Shown one piece after another: positions 10,209 to 19,600 of a stretch of DNA of 48,582 nucleotides; the stretch's first letter is position 1; every line of letters starts with the position of its first letter. The position numbers and the translations under genes are program-made. Source of the stretch: Gemmatimonadota bacterium (GTDB taxonomy: Bacteria; Gemmatimonadota; Gemmatimonadetes; Gemmatimonadales; GWC2-71-9); NCBI GenBank assembly GCA_039586365.1, contig JBDHKN010000025.1, forward strand, positions 1-48,582, read 5' to 3'. The notes under the pieces were generated by a model. It did no database searches. It was not told the origin of the DNA and saw only the letters and a list, made by a program, of their open reading frames with translations.

Positions 10209-11495
10209 TTAGAGCAGTTGCGCAACGGCGCTAGCTGCTCGATCCACTTCCTCCATCGTGTTGTAGACATGAGGGGACAGCCGCACCCCGGCGAAGTCAC
10301 CTCCCATGGCAGCCCCGGCGACGGTGTGCTCCGAATAGAGCTTCTCAAAGGCTGCCCGCGGATCGGCGTCGGCTCGGGTGAACACAACCACGCCGGCGCT
10401 GAGATCCGGATCCGCAGGTGTGTGGAATCTGATGTCCGGCACCAAGTTGCGAAGCGCTTGCTTGAGGCCCGAAGCTAGCGCGCGTACCCGCTCTTCCACC
10501 CGGTCAGGACCGATCGTGTTGTGAAATCCGACGGCTGTTCCCATTGCAGCCACCGCTGCGTCGTCACGCTGACCCAGATTCTCGAACTTGCTGGCGCCGC
10601 GCTCCAACGCACCCTCCCATCCGACACCGACATCGCTGGGCCATAGATCGGCGATTCGATCCCGGCGGACGTACAGCAAGCCCACCTCCTTGGGTCCCAT
10701 CAGCCACTTGTGTGAGCTGCCTGTGTAGAAGTCGCATCCCATATGGTGGAGATCTACTATGATGGCCCCGAAGGTCTGAGCGCCGTCCACCAATGTCAGG
10801 ATGTCACGCTCCCGAGCCAACGAGCACAGTTGCTGGGCCGGCAGCCTGACGCCAGAGACGTTTGACACGTGGCTGAACGCCAGCACACGGGTATTGCGGC
10901 TCAGTACTTCGCGGAACGGTCGAATGAGATCTTCAGCGGTGCTCGGAGCTGCCGGCGTTGCAACCCGGTGCACTACGTAGCCGTAGCGCTGGGCTCTCAC
11001 ATCCCAAGCCACATTGTTGGTGGGGTGATTCTGGTCCCAGATGACCACTTCATCTCCCGGACCCAGTGTCAGCCCGTTTATCACCGCATTGTTGCCCTCG
11101 CTTGTGTTCCGAGTGAGGGCGATCTCATCCGAATCGGCCGCCAAGAATCTGGCCAACAGATCCCTTGCTGTCTCTCGCAGCTCAGCAAACTTGCCGCGGT
11201 TCTGGAACGAGGCGTCACTATCCACATCCCCGGTCAATGCAGTCACCGCGTTGATTACCGGATACGGTGAAGGGCACAGGTTCGCAGCGTTCATCATGAC
11301 CAGATTGTGTCGGAGCGGGAACTGCTCCTTCACCAGCTGCCAATAGTGTTCGTCCAGCGCACCTTGGGGAGGCGTGAGGATATGGGATGGCCTGCTGGGG
11401 ATCGATCGGATCACGGTTGCTGGAGGGACCAGCGCGGTGGCCGCGACGCCACCTGCCAACCCTTTGAGAAACGTCCGGCGATTCTGGGAATCCAT
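10209..11495 (-). CDS. Tat-signal class V PLP-dependent aminotransferase-fold enzyme (isopenicillin N epimerase/desulfurase-like)
   Basis: NRRTFLKG twin-arginine leader, RNTSEG, VDGAQ, SSHKWLMGP (PLP lysine), RLSPHVYN. Confidence 0.88.
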   Translation of the reverse strand: MDSQNRRTFLKGLAGGVAATALVPPATVIRSIPSRPSHILTPPQGALDEHYWQLVKEQFPLRHNLVMMNAANLCPSPYPVINAVTALTGDVDSDASFQNRGKFAELRETARDLLARFLAADSDEIALTRNTSEGNNAVINGLTLGPGDEVVIWDQNHPTNNVAWDVRAQRYGYVVHRVATPAAPSTAEDLIRPFREVLSRNTRVLAFSHVSNVSGVRLPAQQLCSLARERDILTLVDGAQTFGAIIVDLHHMGCDFYTGSSHKWLMGPKEVGLLYVRRDRIADLWPSDVGVGWEGALERGASKFENLGQRDDAAVAAMGTAVGFHNTIGPDRVEERVRALASGLKQALRNLVPDIRFHTPADPDLSAGVVVFTRADADPRAAFEKLYSEHTVAGAAMGGDFAGVRLSPHVYNTMEEVDRAASAVAQLL

Positions 11496-11656
11496 AGTTC
11501 ACTCCCGTAGTGTTACGACAAAAGATGACCGGAATGTGTTAAGATACGGGAGCGGCTGTGGTGGCGACAGCGGGAGGCCCGTGGCTGGGGGGGCGGGGTC
11601 AAGGATTGGGTGGGTTGGTTGCTAACCGCTTATCCTTTGGTGTCTTGGAAAGCGCC

Positions 11657-11672
11657 GTGAAGCTTTCTTCAC
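11657..11672. promoter_or_regulatory. Candidate operator palindrome upstream of the OFOR-Rnf operon
   Basis: GTGAAG-CTTT-CTTCAC lies immediately before TATACT (11674-11679). Confidence 0.3.
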
Positions 11673-11908
11673 ATATACTCTCCCGTCCCCTCCTCGGCCC
11701 AAAGGTAGTTATTATTCAATGTTTTGTTTTGGCCAGCCGCTTTTTCGGTGTGCCTGGACATGGCGGTCGGTGAACCCGATGCGGTTGGGCCGCCTGCTTG
11801 GCAGTGGGATCGCGGCAACAACGGTGACTGCAGGACTGGATGGGCGGCTGAGTGTGGATTGGTCAAGAAGCATCGCAACCAGGGCTTGATACGCCTTAAG
11901 GGCAAACA

Positions 11909-13834
11909 ATGACGACGACAAAACCTGCTCCAGCTGAGGAAGCACTGTCCGATAACAGAGCGAAGCGGAAGAAGCGGAAGGTCAAGACCGTTCGGGTGCC
12001 AGAGCACACCGTTGAGGTCGTTTCCGACTCTGGCGAAGGAGCTCAGAAGTGCGGTCAGATTTTCGGCCAGGTATCTGCGATGATGGGTAATGGGACCTGG
12101 ACCGTCGAGATCATTCCTGCAGAGATCCAGCCACCGCCGAGGACTCCACCCTCCGCGAGCGGCAACAGGATTAGGCTCGGCACGAAGTTGGTGTCCAACT
12201 GGGGAGATGGAGCCGACCTAGTGGTCGCCTTCAACGAACAGGTGTTGCTGCACCGGCACAGACTGGAGGGACTCAAGGAGGGCTGCACGATTCTCATCGA
12301 CAGCCAGTGGGAGAGTCATGAGGACGAGGACATCCGGAAACAATACGCCGAAGCAGTGGAGGAGATGTCCAGCCACAACTACCGTTACATCCCGTTCCCG
12401 TTGGAGGAGCAGTCAGCCACCATCGTCGAGAACCCCAAAAAGGGCAAGAATATGTTTGCCCTCGGTGTGCTTTCCTGGATCTACTCACGCGATCTCGACA
12501 GAATTCGGGATCTCATCGCCCGGTCGTTCAAGAAGAAGGCGAAGGAGATCACTGAGGCAAACGTGGCGCTGCTCGAAGCGGGTTACAAGTGGGCGGATGA
12601 GAACCTCGACTTCAAGGTCGAGGTTCCGACGGAACAGTCCACTGTGCCTCGGGTGGTGATGAACGGCAATCAGGCGATCGGGTTCGGTGCCATTGCGGCT
12701 GGGATGGAGCTCTGCTCGATGTATCCGATAACTCCTGCAACGTCAGCCTCACATCACCTGAGTGAGATCTTCCAGAAGTTCGGGGGAATCGTACATCAAG
12801 CCGAAGATGAGATTGCTGCCATCGGATTAGCGGTGGGTGCCTCGTTTGCCGGCAAGGTCGCGTTTACGATCACTTCGGGTCCTGGTTTGGCGCTGAAGAC
12901 TGAGTTCATCGGGCTCGCCGTGATGACCGAAGTGCCCTTAGTCATAGTCGACGTCCAGCGGGGCGGTCCCAGCACCGGCCTTCCAACCAAGATTGAGCAA
13001 GCCGACCTGCTGGCATCGATCTACGGGCAACCGGGGGACGCACCCCACGTGGTCATGGCCCCTGCCACCATGGAAGAGTGTTTCCTTTGCATGACGACGG
13101 CGCGCCGCATTGCCGAGGCGTTCCGGGTACCGGTGATGGTCCTGACGGACGCAAATCTTGCGACCGGCGTTCAACCGTTCCCTCGGCCGGATCTCAAAGC
13201 GGAGTGGCAAGCGGCCCCGCCCGATCTGAGCGCTGTACCCGATGGCACTCGGGCCTACGAGTGGGATCCGCAGCTGGGTACTTCGCAGCGGCTCATCCCC
13301 GGCATGCCCGGAGGAATGCACATCGCTACCGGTTTGTCTCATGACGAGAACAGCAAGATCGGATACAGCCCGGACGTACATGAGCGTGGCTGTCAGATGC
13401 GCGCCCGCAAGATGGCAGTGTTCCAGCAGACCCTGAAACAACCCGAGGTGCACGGTGCTGAATCGGGTGATCTGTTGGTGGTTGGCTGGGGCAGTACGTG
13501 GGGAGCCATCGAGGAGGCAGTGGATCGGGCCCGTGCAGAAGGCCTCTCCGTATCTTCGCTCCAACTGCGCATCCTCGCACCGATGGAACCTGGCCTCAAA
13601 GAGATCTTCAGCCGGTTCAAGAAGGTGATGACCGTAGAGATCAACTACAGTGACGATCCGTCCGATCCGTTCATCACAGACGAGAACCGGCGCCGAGGAC
13701 AATTGTGTTGGCTGCTCCGTGCTCAGACCCTGGTGGACGTGGACTGTTGGACACGGGTGCCGGGTGAGCCGCTCAAGCCGGGTCAGATCCATCAAGCTAT
13801 TCGTAGCCACATGCCGACTGGAGACAAAGCATGA
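11909..13834 (+). CDS. 2-oxoacid:ferredoxin oxidoreductase alpha subunit (gamma-alpha fusion)
   Basis: SDSGEG, PAEI, MNGNQA, YPITPAT, QAEDEIAA, TSGPG, QRGGPSTGLPT, VGWGST. Confidence 0.93.
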   Translation: MTTTKPAPAEEALSDNRAKRKKRKVKTVRVPEHTVEVVSDSGEGAQKCGQIFGQVSAMMGNGTWTVEIIPAEIQPPPRTPPSASGNRIRLGTKLVSNWGDGADLVVAFNEQVLLHRHRLEGLKEGCTILIDSQWESHEDEDIRKQYAEAVEEMSSHNYRYIPFPLEEQSATIVENPKKGKNMFALGVLSWIYSRDLDRIRDLIARSFKKKAKEITEANVALLEAGYKWADENLDFKVEVPTEQSTVPRVVMNGNQAIGFGAIAAGMELCSMYPITPATSASHHLSEIFQKFGGIVHQAEDEIAAIGLAVGASFAGKVAFTITSGPGLALKTEFIGLAVMTEVPLVIVDVQRGGPSTGLPTKIEQADLLASIYGQPGDAPHVVMAPATMEECFLCMTTARRIAEAFRVPVMVLTDANLATGVQPFPRPDLKAEWQAAPPDLSAVPDGTRAYEWDPQLGTSQRLIPGMPGGMHIATGLSHDENSKIGYSPDVHERGCQMRARKMAVFQQTLKQPEVHGAESGDLLVVGWGSTWGAIEEAVDRARAEGLSVSSLQLRILAPMEPGLKEIFSRFKKVMTVEINYSDDPSDPFITDENRRRGQLCWLLRAQTLVDVDCWTRVPGEPLKPGQIHQAIRSHMPTGDKA

Positions 13835-14787
13835 TTGACACTTCTTGCTCGCTGCTCGGTTGTAGCGTCGATGAGGACGAGCGTTATCTATCGATGGCCG
13901 ACTATGAGGGCGCTGTCGCTCGGTGGTGCTCTGGCTGTGGAGACCACGCGGTGCTCACTGCTGTGCAGCGACTGCTCGAGGCTGAGCAATTGGCTCCGGA
14001 GAGGACCGTGTTTGTATCGGGGATTGGTTGCTCGAGCCGGTTTCCTCACTACTTGAAGACGTATGGATTCCACGGACTGCACGGCCGTGCCTTGCCGGTT
14101 GCGACCGGGGTCAAGCTGCGTCGACCTGATCTCCATGTTTTCGCTGTGATGGGTGATGGTGACTGTACTTCTATCGGAGCGGCTCACTGGATCCACACGA
14201 TCAGGTACAACCCCAATATGGTCGCGTTGATGCTGGACAATGGGGTATACGGGCTCACCAAGAACCAAACCTCGCCCACTAGCCCGCGAGGCTTCCCGAG
14301 CAACACGCAACCGTTCGGCGCTGCACTGATGCCGTTGAACCCGATATCAACCACGCTCGGTGTGACCAACGCCTCGTACGTCGCGCAGACCGGCGATTGG
14401 GTTCCCGATCACCTTTACGAGACCATCGCAAAGGGATTCCGGCACAAGGGCTTCTCCTTCATACGTGTCCTGCAGCGGTGCCCGCAGTATACGACGGCTG
14501 TGTTTGAGGAAGCCGTGCGAAATCCTGATATGATCGAGTTGATGGTGCATCCGGATGGGATCAACGTGCCGGAGTTGGAGCAGGTTTACAAGAACCACGT
14601 ATACCACGATCCAGCTGATCTCGATAGGGGCCGCAGCCTCGCGGAGCCCGACGGGAAGATCCGGCTGGGTCTGTTCTACCAAAACGAGAGCCTGCCTCGG
14701 TACGAGGAAGTGCGGCAGCTACCATCTCGTACTGCCGAGGAGAAAATCGAGCTTCTGAATGCGGAGTTAGACCGCTATGCCGTCTGA
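13831..14787 (+). CDS. 2-oxoacid:ferredoxin oxidoreductase beta subunit
   Basis: WCSGCGD, SGIGCSSR, HGRALP, GDGD...DNGVYGLTK TPP motif, QRCP; ATGA overlap with alpha. Confidence 0.93.
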   Translation: MIDTSCSLLGCSVDEDERYLSMADYEGAVARWCSGCGDHAVLTAVQRLLEAEQLAPERTVFVSGIGCSSRFPHYLKTYGFHGLHGRALPVATGVKLRRPDLHVFAVMGDGDCTSIGAAHWIHTIRYNPNMVALMLDNGVYGLTKNQTSPTSPRGFPSNTQPFGAALMPLNPISTTLGVTNASYVAQTGDWVPDHLYETIAKGFRHKGFSFIRVLQRCPQYTTAVFEEAVRNPDMIELMVHPDGINVPELEQVYKNHVYHDPADLDRGRSLAEPDGKIRLGLFYQNESLPRYEEVRQLPSRTAEEKIELLNAELDRYAV

Positions 14788-15778
14788 CGAACGGATCGAT
14801 CAAGCACTGAAGGCGCTTTCGGGCCAGATGCAGGCCTTCCGTTCTGCGTTGGCCAATACCATAGACCAGATTCGCCGCTTCCAAGCAGAGCACGGCGCGG
14901 CGGCGGAGAGTAAGGCCGATAGGGTAGCCACAGAACTGGGGCCGTTTGCCGTGGGCAGGATCGATTTCGAGCGGTTTTCGGAGCTGTTCACCGACACGCT
15001 CAAACTCGATCGCCCAACTCTCGAGACCATCGATAAGGCACACAAGACTCTCACCGAGCTAGCTGCCAGAGGCGAGAAGCTCTTTCTGACTACTGTCGAG
15101 AGCGGCGGCAGCGTTAGGGATTCGGTGGCAAGGGCCCTCGAAGAGGTGGGCCGTGCATACGGTGCCGCACGGGTCTTCGAGCTGTCGAAGTTCGGACGCT
15201 TCCCTGACAACGAACACGCACGTTCTCTCGGATCCTTCCCGTTTCACCGGTGGAGCAGTGGTGAGCGTCGCATGGCTCCCCCGCTTGTGGTAGCGGTCGA
15301 TGGGACGGACCTCAGGGCGGCTGGGCTGGCGGACTTCATGGATGGGGCTCAAAAAATCGTCTTGGTTGTCAGCGGGGAAACGACCCCGGTTCCGCTGGTC
15401 AGGTTGATCATGCCGGGGACTTTCGTAGCGCAGATCGCCAGCAGCACCGACCTGGACCGTCTGGCAAATTGGGACGGCCCCGGTATCGTCGCGATCGTGC
15501 CGGATACCGCAGCCTGTTTTGTCCACGACCCGGGACGGGGCACTGCAGCGTGGGAGCGGCTCAAGATCACTCATATGCCCGAAGATCGGCGGCGCAAGCC
15601 AGTGGGTGGGGTGAGTGTGAAACAGCAGTCGGAAGAGTTGTTGCAGCTCAAGACCCTGGGTGCGGCTCGGGGTGCGGTTGAGGAACCAGCAGTAGCAGTT
15701 GCCGCAGGATCGACTGATCCTGTTGACAAGCTGGCAGCGTGGTTGCTCACACAGGCCGACCTCACGGACATCGAGTAG
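14777..15778 (+). CDS. Uncharacterised protein; degenerate (pseudo-enzyme) homolog of the PFOR TPP-binding domain
   Basis: Overlaps the beta stop. Residues 124-169 align ungapped with PFOR residues 1150-1195 (14/46 identical), with further collinear blocks. It lacks the GDG motif and has only one Cys. Confidence 0.75.
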   Translation: MPSDERIDQALKALSGQMQAFRSALANTIDQIRRFQAEHGAAAESKADRVATELGPFAVGRIDFERFSELFTDTLKLDRPTLETIDKAHKTLTELAARGEKLFLTTVESGGSVRDSVARALEEVGRAYGAARVFELSKFGRFPDNEHARSLGSFPFHRWSSGERRMAPPLVVAVDGTDLRAAGLADFMDGAQKIVLVVSGETTPVPLVRLIMPGTFVAQIASSTDLDRLANWDGPGIVAIVPDTAACFVHDPGRGTAAWERLKITHMPEDRRRKPVGGVSVKQQSEELLQLKTLGAARGAVEEPAVAVAAGSTDPVDKLAAWLLTQADLTDIE

Positions 15779-15788
15779 CGGTCTCAAT

Positions 15789-16640
15789 ATGGATGTGTCG
15801 ACGATCGTAGTATCGGTGGCGATCCTCGGTGGGGTCGGGCTCGTGTTCGGCGCTTTTATCTCTCTCGCAAACATGAAGCTCAAGGTATGGGAGGACCCGC
15901 GGATCGACGCCGTTGTTGAGTTGCTCCCAGGGACGAACTGCGGGGCTTGCGGCCAGGCGGGTTGCCGAGCCTTTGCCGAAGCCCTGGTCTCCGCCAAAGT
16001 AACGCCGGCTACGTGCACTGTAATGGGTCCTGATGACGTAGCAGATGTGGCTGAGTATCTGGGAGTTGACGCTGGTGAAGCCAACAGACGGGTGGCAAGG
16101 CTACTCTGTGCCGGCGGGTCCGATGTGGCGGTGCGGCAGGCCGAATATCGTGGTTTGCAGACCTGTAAGGCCGCTGTAGCGGTTTCGGGGGGTGGTAAGG
16201 GATGTAGGTGGGGGTGCCTCGGGTTGGACGACTGTGAAGTTGCATGTGACTTCGACGCCATCGTCATGAACGAAGTCGGCCTTCCAATCGTGATCCCGAG
16301 CAATTGCACTGCCTGTGGTGACTGCGTTGAGGCTTGCCCTCTGGATCTGTTCACTATAATGCCGCTCGAATACAAGCTCATCGTGCAGTGTAAGAACTTG
16401 TTGGAGGGGGATGAAGCGGAGGACGTTTGTAAGGTGGCGTGCACTGCGTGTGGTAGATGCGCTGCGGACGCAGCACCTGGATTGATCGAAATGGTAAACG
16501 GACTTGCGGTGATAGACTACAGTATGAACGCATTAGCCAGCCCTGACGCCATTGCGCGGTGTCCTACCGACGCGATTGTCTGGGTTGAGGGACCACAGTT
16601 CGCAGACAGGCCTGAGCTGGCAAGGAGCGCTACGGTATGA
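15789..16640 (+). CDS. rnfB: Rnf complex subunit B
   Basis: N-terminal TM anchor, LPGTNCGACGQAGC, LLCAGG, CRWGCLGLDDCEVAC, CTACGDCVEACP; start at ATG 15789 (MDVSTIVV). Confidence 0.92.
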   Translation: MDVSTIVVSVAILGGVGLVFGAFISLANMKLKVWEDPRIDAVVELLPGTNCGACGQAGCRAFAEALVSAKVTPATCTVMGPDDVADVAEYLGVDAGEANRRVARLLCAGGSDVAVRQAEYRGLQTCKAAVAVSGGGKGCRWGCLGLDDCEVACDFDAIVMNEVGLPIVIPSNCTACGDCVEACPLDLFTIMPLEYKLIVQCKNLLEGDEAEDVCKVACTACGRCAADAAPGLIEMVNGLAVIDYSMNALASPDAIARCPTDAIVWVEGPQFADRPELARSATV

Positions 16641-19600
16641 AACCCAAGAAGACAGACAACACACCTGCGGCCCCCAAGTACCCGGGTATTCGGACCGCAG
16701 TGGATGGCTCTCAAGCCGTCGTCGACATGGAGACTGCTGCGAGCGAAGCTGCTGGCGCCTACCCGATCACACCGTCCACTCAGATGGGTGAAGGCTGGGC
16801 GGCTGCAGTAGCAGCGGGTAAACGGAACGTGAACGGGCGCAAGCTCATCTTCTTCGAACCGGAAGGAGAGCACGCGGCCGCCGCTGTGACAGCCGGCATG
16901 TCGATGACGGGCCTCAGGTCTGCCAACTTTTCGAGCGGGCAGGGGATCGCATACATGCACGAATCCCTGTACCCAGCGGTCGGCAAGCGACTCACCTATG
17001 TCCTGAACATCGCCGCCCGTGCGATGACGAAGCACGCATTGAATGTGCACGCCGGGCACGACGATTATCACGCGGTGGACGACACGGGTTTCTTCCAGCT
17101 GTTCGCCAAGAACCCACAGGAGATAGCTGACCTCAACCTGATCGCGCACCGGATTGCCGAGTTGTCCCTGAATCCTGGCATCTGCGCACAAGACGGCTTC
17201 TTGACCAGCCACGTGATCGAGACCGTTGACATACCCGAGCGGGAGTTGGTGAAGGAGTACTTGGGCGATCCATCCGACATCATCGATTCACCTACGCCGG
17301 CTCAAAAGCTCGTCTTTGGCGAGAAACGCCGCCGCATTCCCGAGATGTTCGATCTGGACTACCCGGCCATGATAGGCGTGGTCCAGAACCAGGACTCGTA
17401 CAATCAGGGTGTTGCCGCCCAACGTCCGTTCTACTTCGACCACATCCAGCAACTCGCCGACAAGGCGCTCGAGGAATATGCGCAGCTGACCGGTCGTCGC
17501 TACCGCAGGGTGAACGGCTATCGGATGGATGATGCCGAGTACGTGATAGTCGGTCAGGGGTCAGTGGTATCCAACGCGGAAGTCGTGTGCGATTACCTGC
17601 GAGAGGTTCGTGGGATCAAGGTCGGAGTTCTGAACGTCACCATGTTCCGGCCGTTTCCAGCTGATCAGATCACCGCCACCCTGCGCGGGAGAAAGGGTGT
17701 GACCGTACTAGAGCGGACTGACCAGCCGTTGGCGGTCGACCTGCCGTTGCTCAAGGAGATCCGGGCTGCGATGGGCAAAGCTCTCGAGAACCATCGGGCC
17801 AAGGACCGAGTCCCATTCGCCGGAGTCACTGCCTGCGGTCCTGATGAGATCCCGGAGTTCTATTCCGGATGCTTCGGCCTCGGCAGTCGTGACATCCAGC
17901 CAGGTCAGCTCGTCTCTGCCGTTGAGAACATGTTGGATACAGGCAAAAAGCAGCGCCTGTTCTATCTGGGCATAGACTTCGTGAGGGCTGGTACGCAGCT
18001 GCCGAAGCTCCAGATCTGGCAAGAACAGCTACTGGAGAGCTATCCCCACCTCGCCGATCTCGCGCTTCCGTCGAAGGCTGATCTGAACTTGGCTCCAAAG
18101 GGCGCCATCGCAATCAGGATTCACTCAGTTGGTGGTTGGGGAGCGATCACGACGGGGAAGAACGTCGCGATGACTGCAGCCGACCTTATGGGCTTGTATA
18201 TCCAGGCGAACCCGAAATATGGATCCGAAAAGAAGGGACAACCGACGACGTTCTACGCGACCTTGGCAGAGGAACGGATCCGACTCAACGCAGAGTTGAA
18301 ACACGTGAACGTCGTGTTGTCGCCAGACCCCAACGTGTTCCGACATTCGAACCCGCTCGCCGGCATGGAACAGGATGGCGTATTCGTGATCCAGAGCGAC
18401 CTGCCGGAAACGGAGTTCTGGAACGGTCTCCCAACTACGGCACAGCGGTACATCAGGAAGCACAACATCAAGGTCTACCTGCTTGACGGTTTCAAGATCG
18501 CGATGGAGGAGGCTTCGGATCCTTCGCTGCGATACCGTATGCAGGGTGCGGCTTTCATGGGAGCGTTCTTTCACGTCGCGCCACTGATGGACCGGTACGA
18601 AGTCACCGAAGAGAAGCTGTTCGAAGGAATCCGTGGACAGCTCAACAAGAAGTTCGGACACCTCGGACAGCGTGTAGTCGAGGACAACGTGCGTGTGATC
18701 CGGCGCGGATTCGACGAGATCAGGGAGGTCGATCCATCGGTGTTCCCCGACCAGGACCAGGATGCTGGCAAACTGCCTCAGATGCCGGACGAGCTGGACG
18801 GTACGGGCTGGCGTGACGGCATTGGCAACCCCGGCCGGTTCTGGGAGCAGGTTTGTCACGTCTACAAGAGTGGAGATGACGGCATCGCCGATCCGTTTGC
18901 AGCCATCAGCGCAATACCGGCAGCGACGAGCACGATCCGTGACATGACCGACGTGCGGTTCGAGGTGCCGGAGTTCATCCCGGAGAACTGCACGGGCTGC
19001 GGTCAATGTTGGGTACAGTGTCCCGACACGGCAATACCGGGGTTGGTGACTGAGATCGACCAGGTCATCTACTCGGCTATCAATTCTGTATCGAATGGGA
19101 AGACCTATGATCGGTTGCGCCAGGTAGTCCCGCATATCGCAAGGGAGTCACGGCGCATCATGAAGGGCGTCGCGGTGAAGAACTTCGCCGACGTGATGTC
19201 GACTGCCTATCAGACTGTGAGTGGCAAGCTCAACTTGGATCCGGAACGCCGCTCGGAACTCGATGCGGAGTTCGCTCCGGTCTATTCCGCGCTTGCCGAG
19301 TTCCCGCTGGCCAAGACCGCACCGTTCTTCGATCTGCCAGAGGACCAGGAGAAGGGGACCGGAGGCCTACTGTCGATCACGGTGAATCCCGAGACCTGCA
19401 AGGGCTGCAATATCTGTGTTGATGTTTGCCCGGACAATGCGCTCATCACTGTCAAGCAGGATGAGCAGGCGGTTGACAAACTGCGTCGCAACTGGAAGCT
19501 CTGGAAGCAGCTGCCGGAGACGGATGACCGCTACATCAACGTGTCTAATATCGACGAAGGCATCGGCGTCCTGTCTTCGCTGCTGTTGAAGAAACACAAC

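Noticed and set aside
11657..11672. Assignment as a canonical Rex or CRP site
   Set aside because: The spacing is GTGA-N8-TCAC rather than N6; kept only as an unassigned palindrome.
11886..11899. FNR-like TTGAT-N4-CTTAA
   Set aside because: The second half-site is poor and it lies in the ribosome-binding region.
15059..16444. 461-aa minus-strand ORF and other long antisense ORFs (e.g. 18125-19135, 35607-36518, 37439-38389)
   Set aside because: These are shadow frames opposite well-supported genes in GC-rich DNA, with no motifs.
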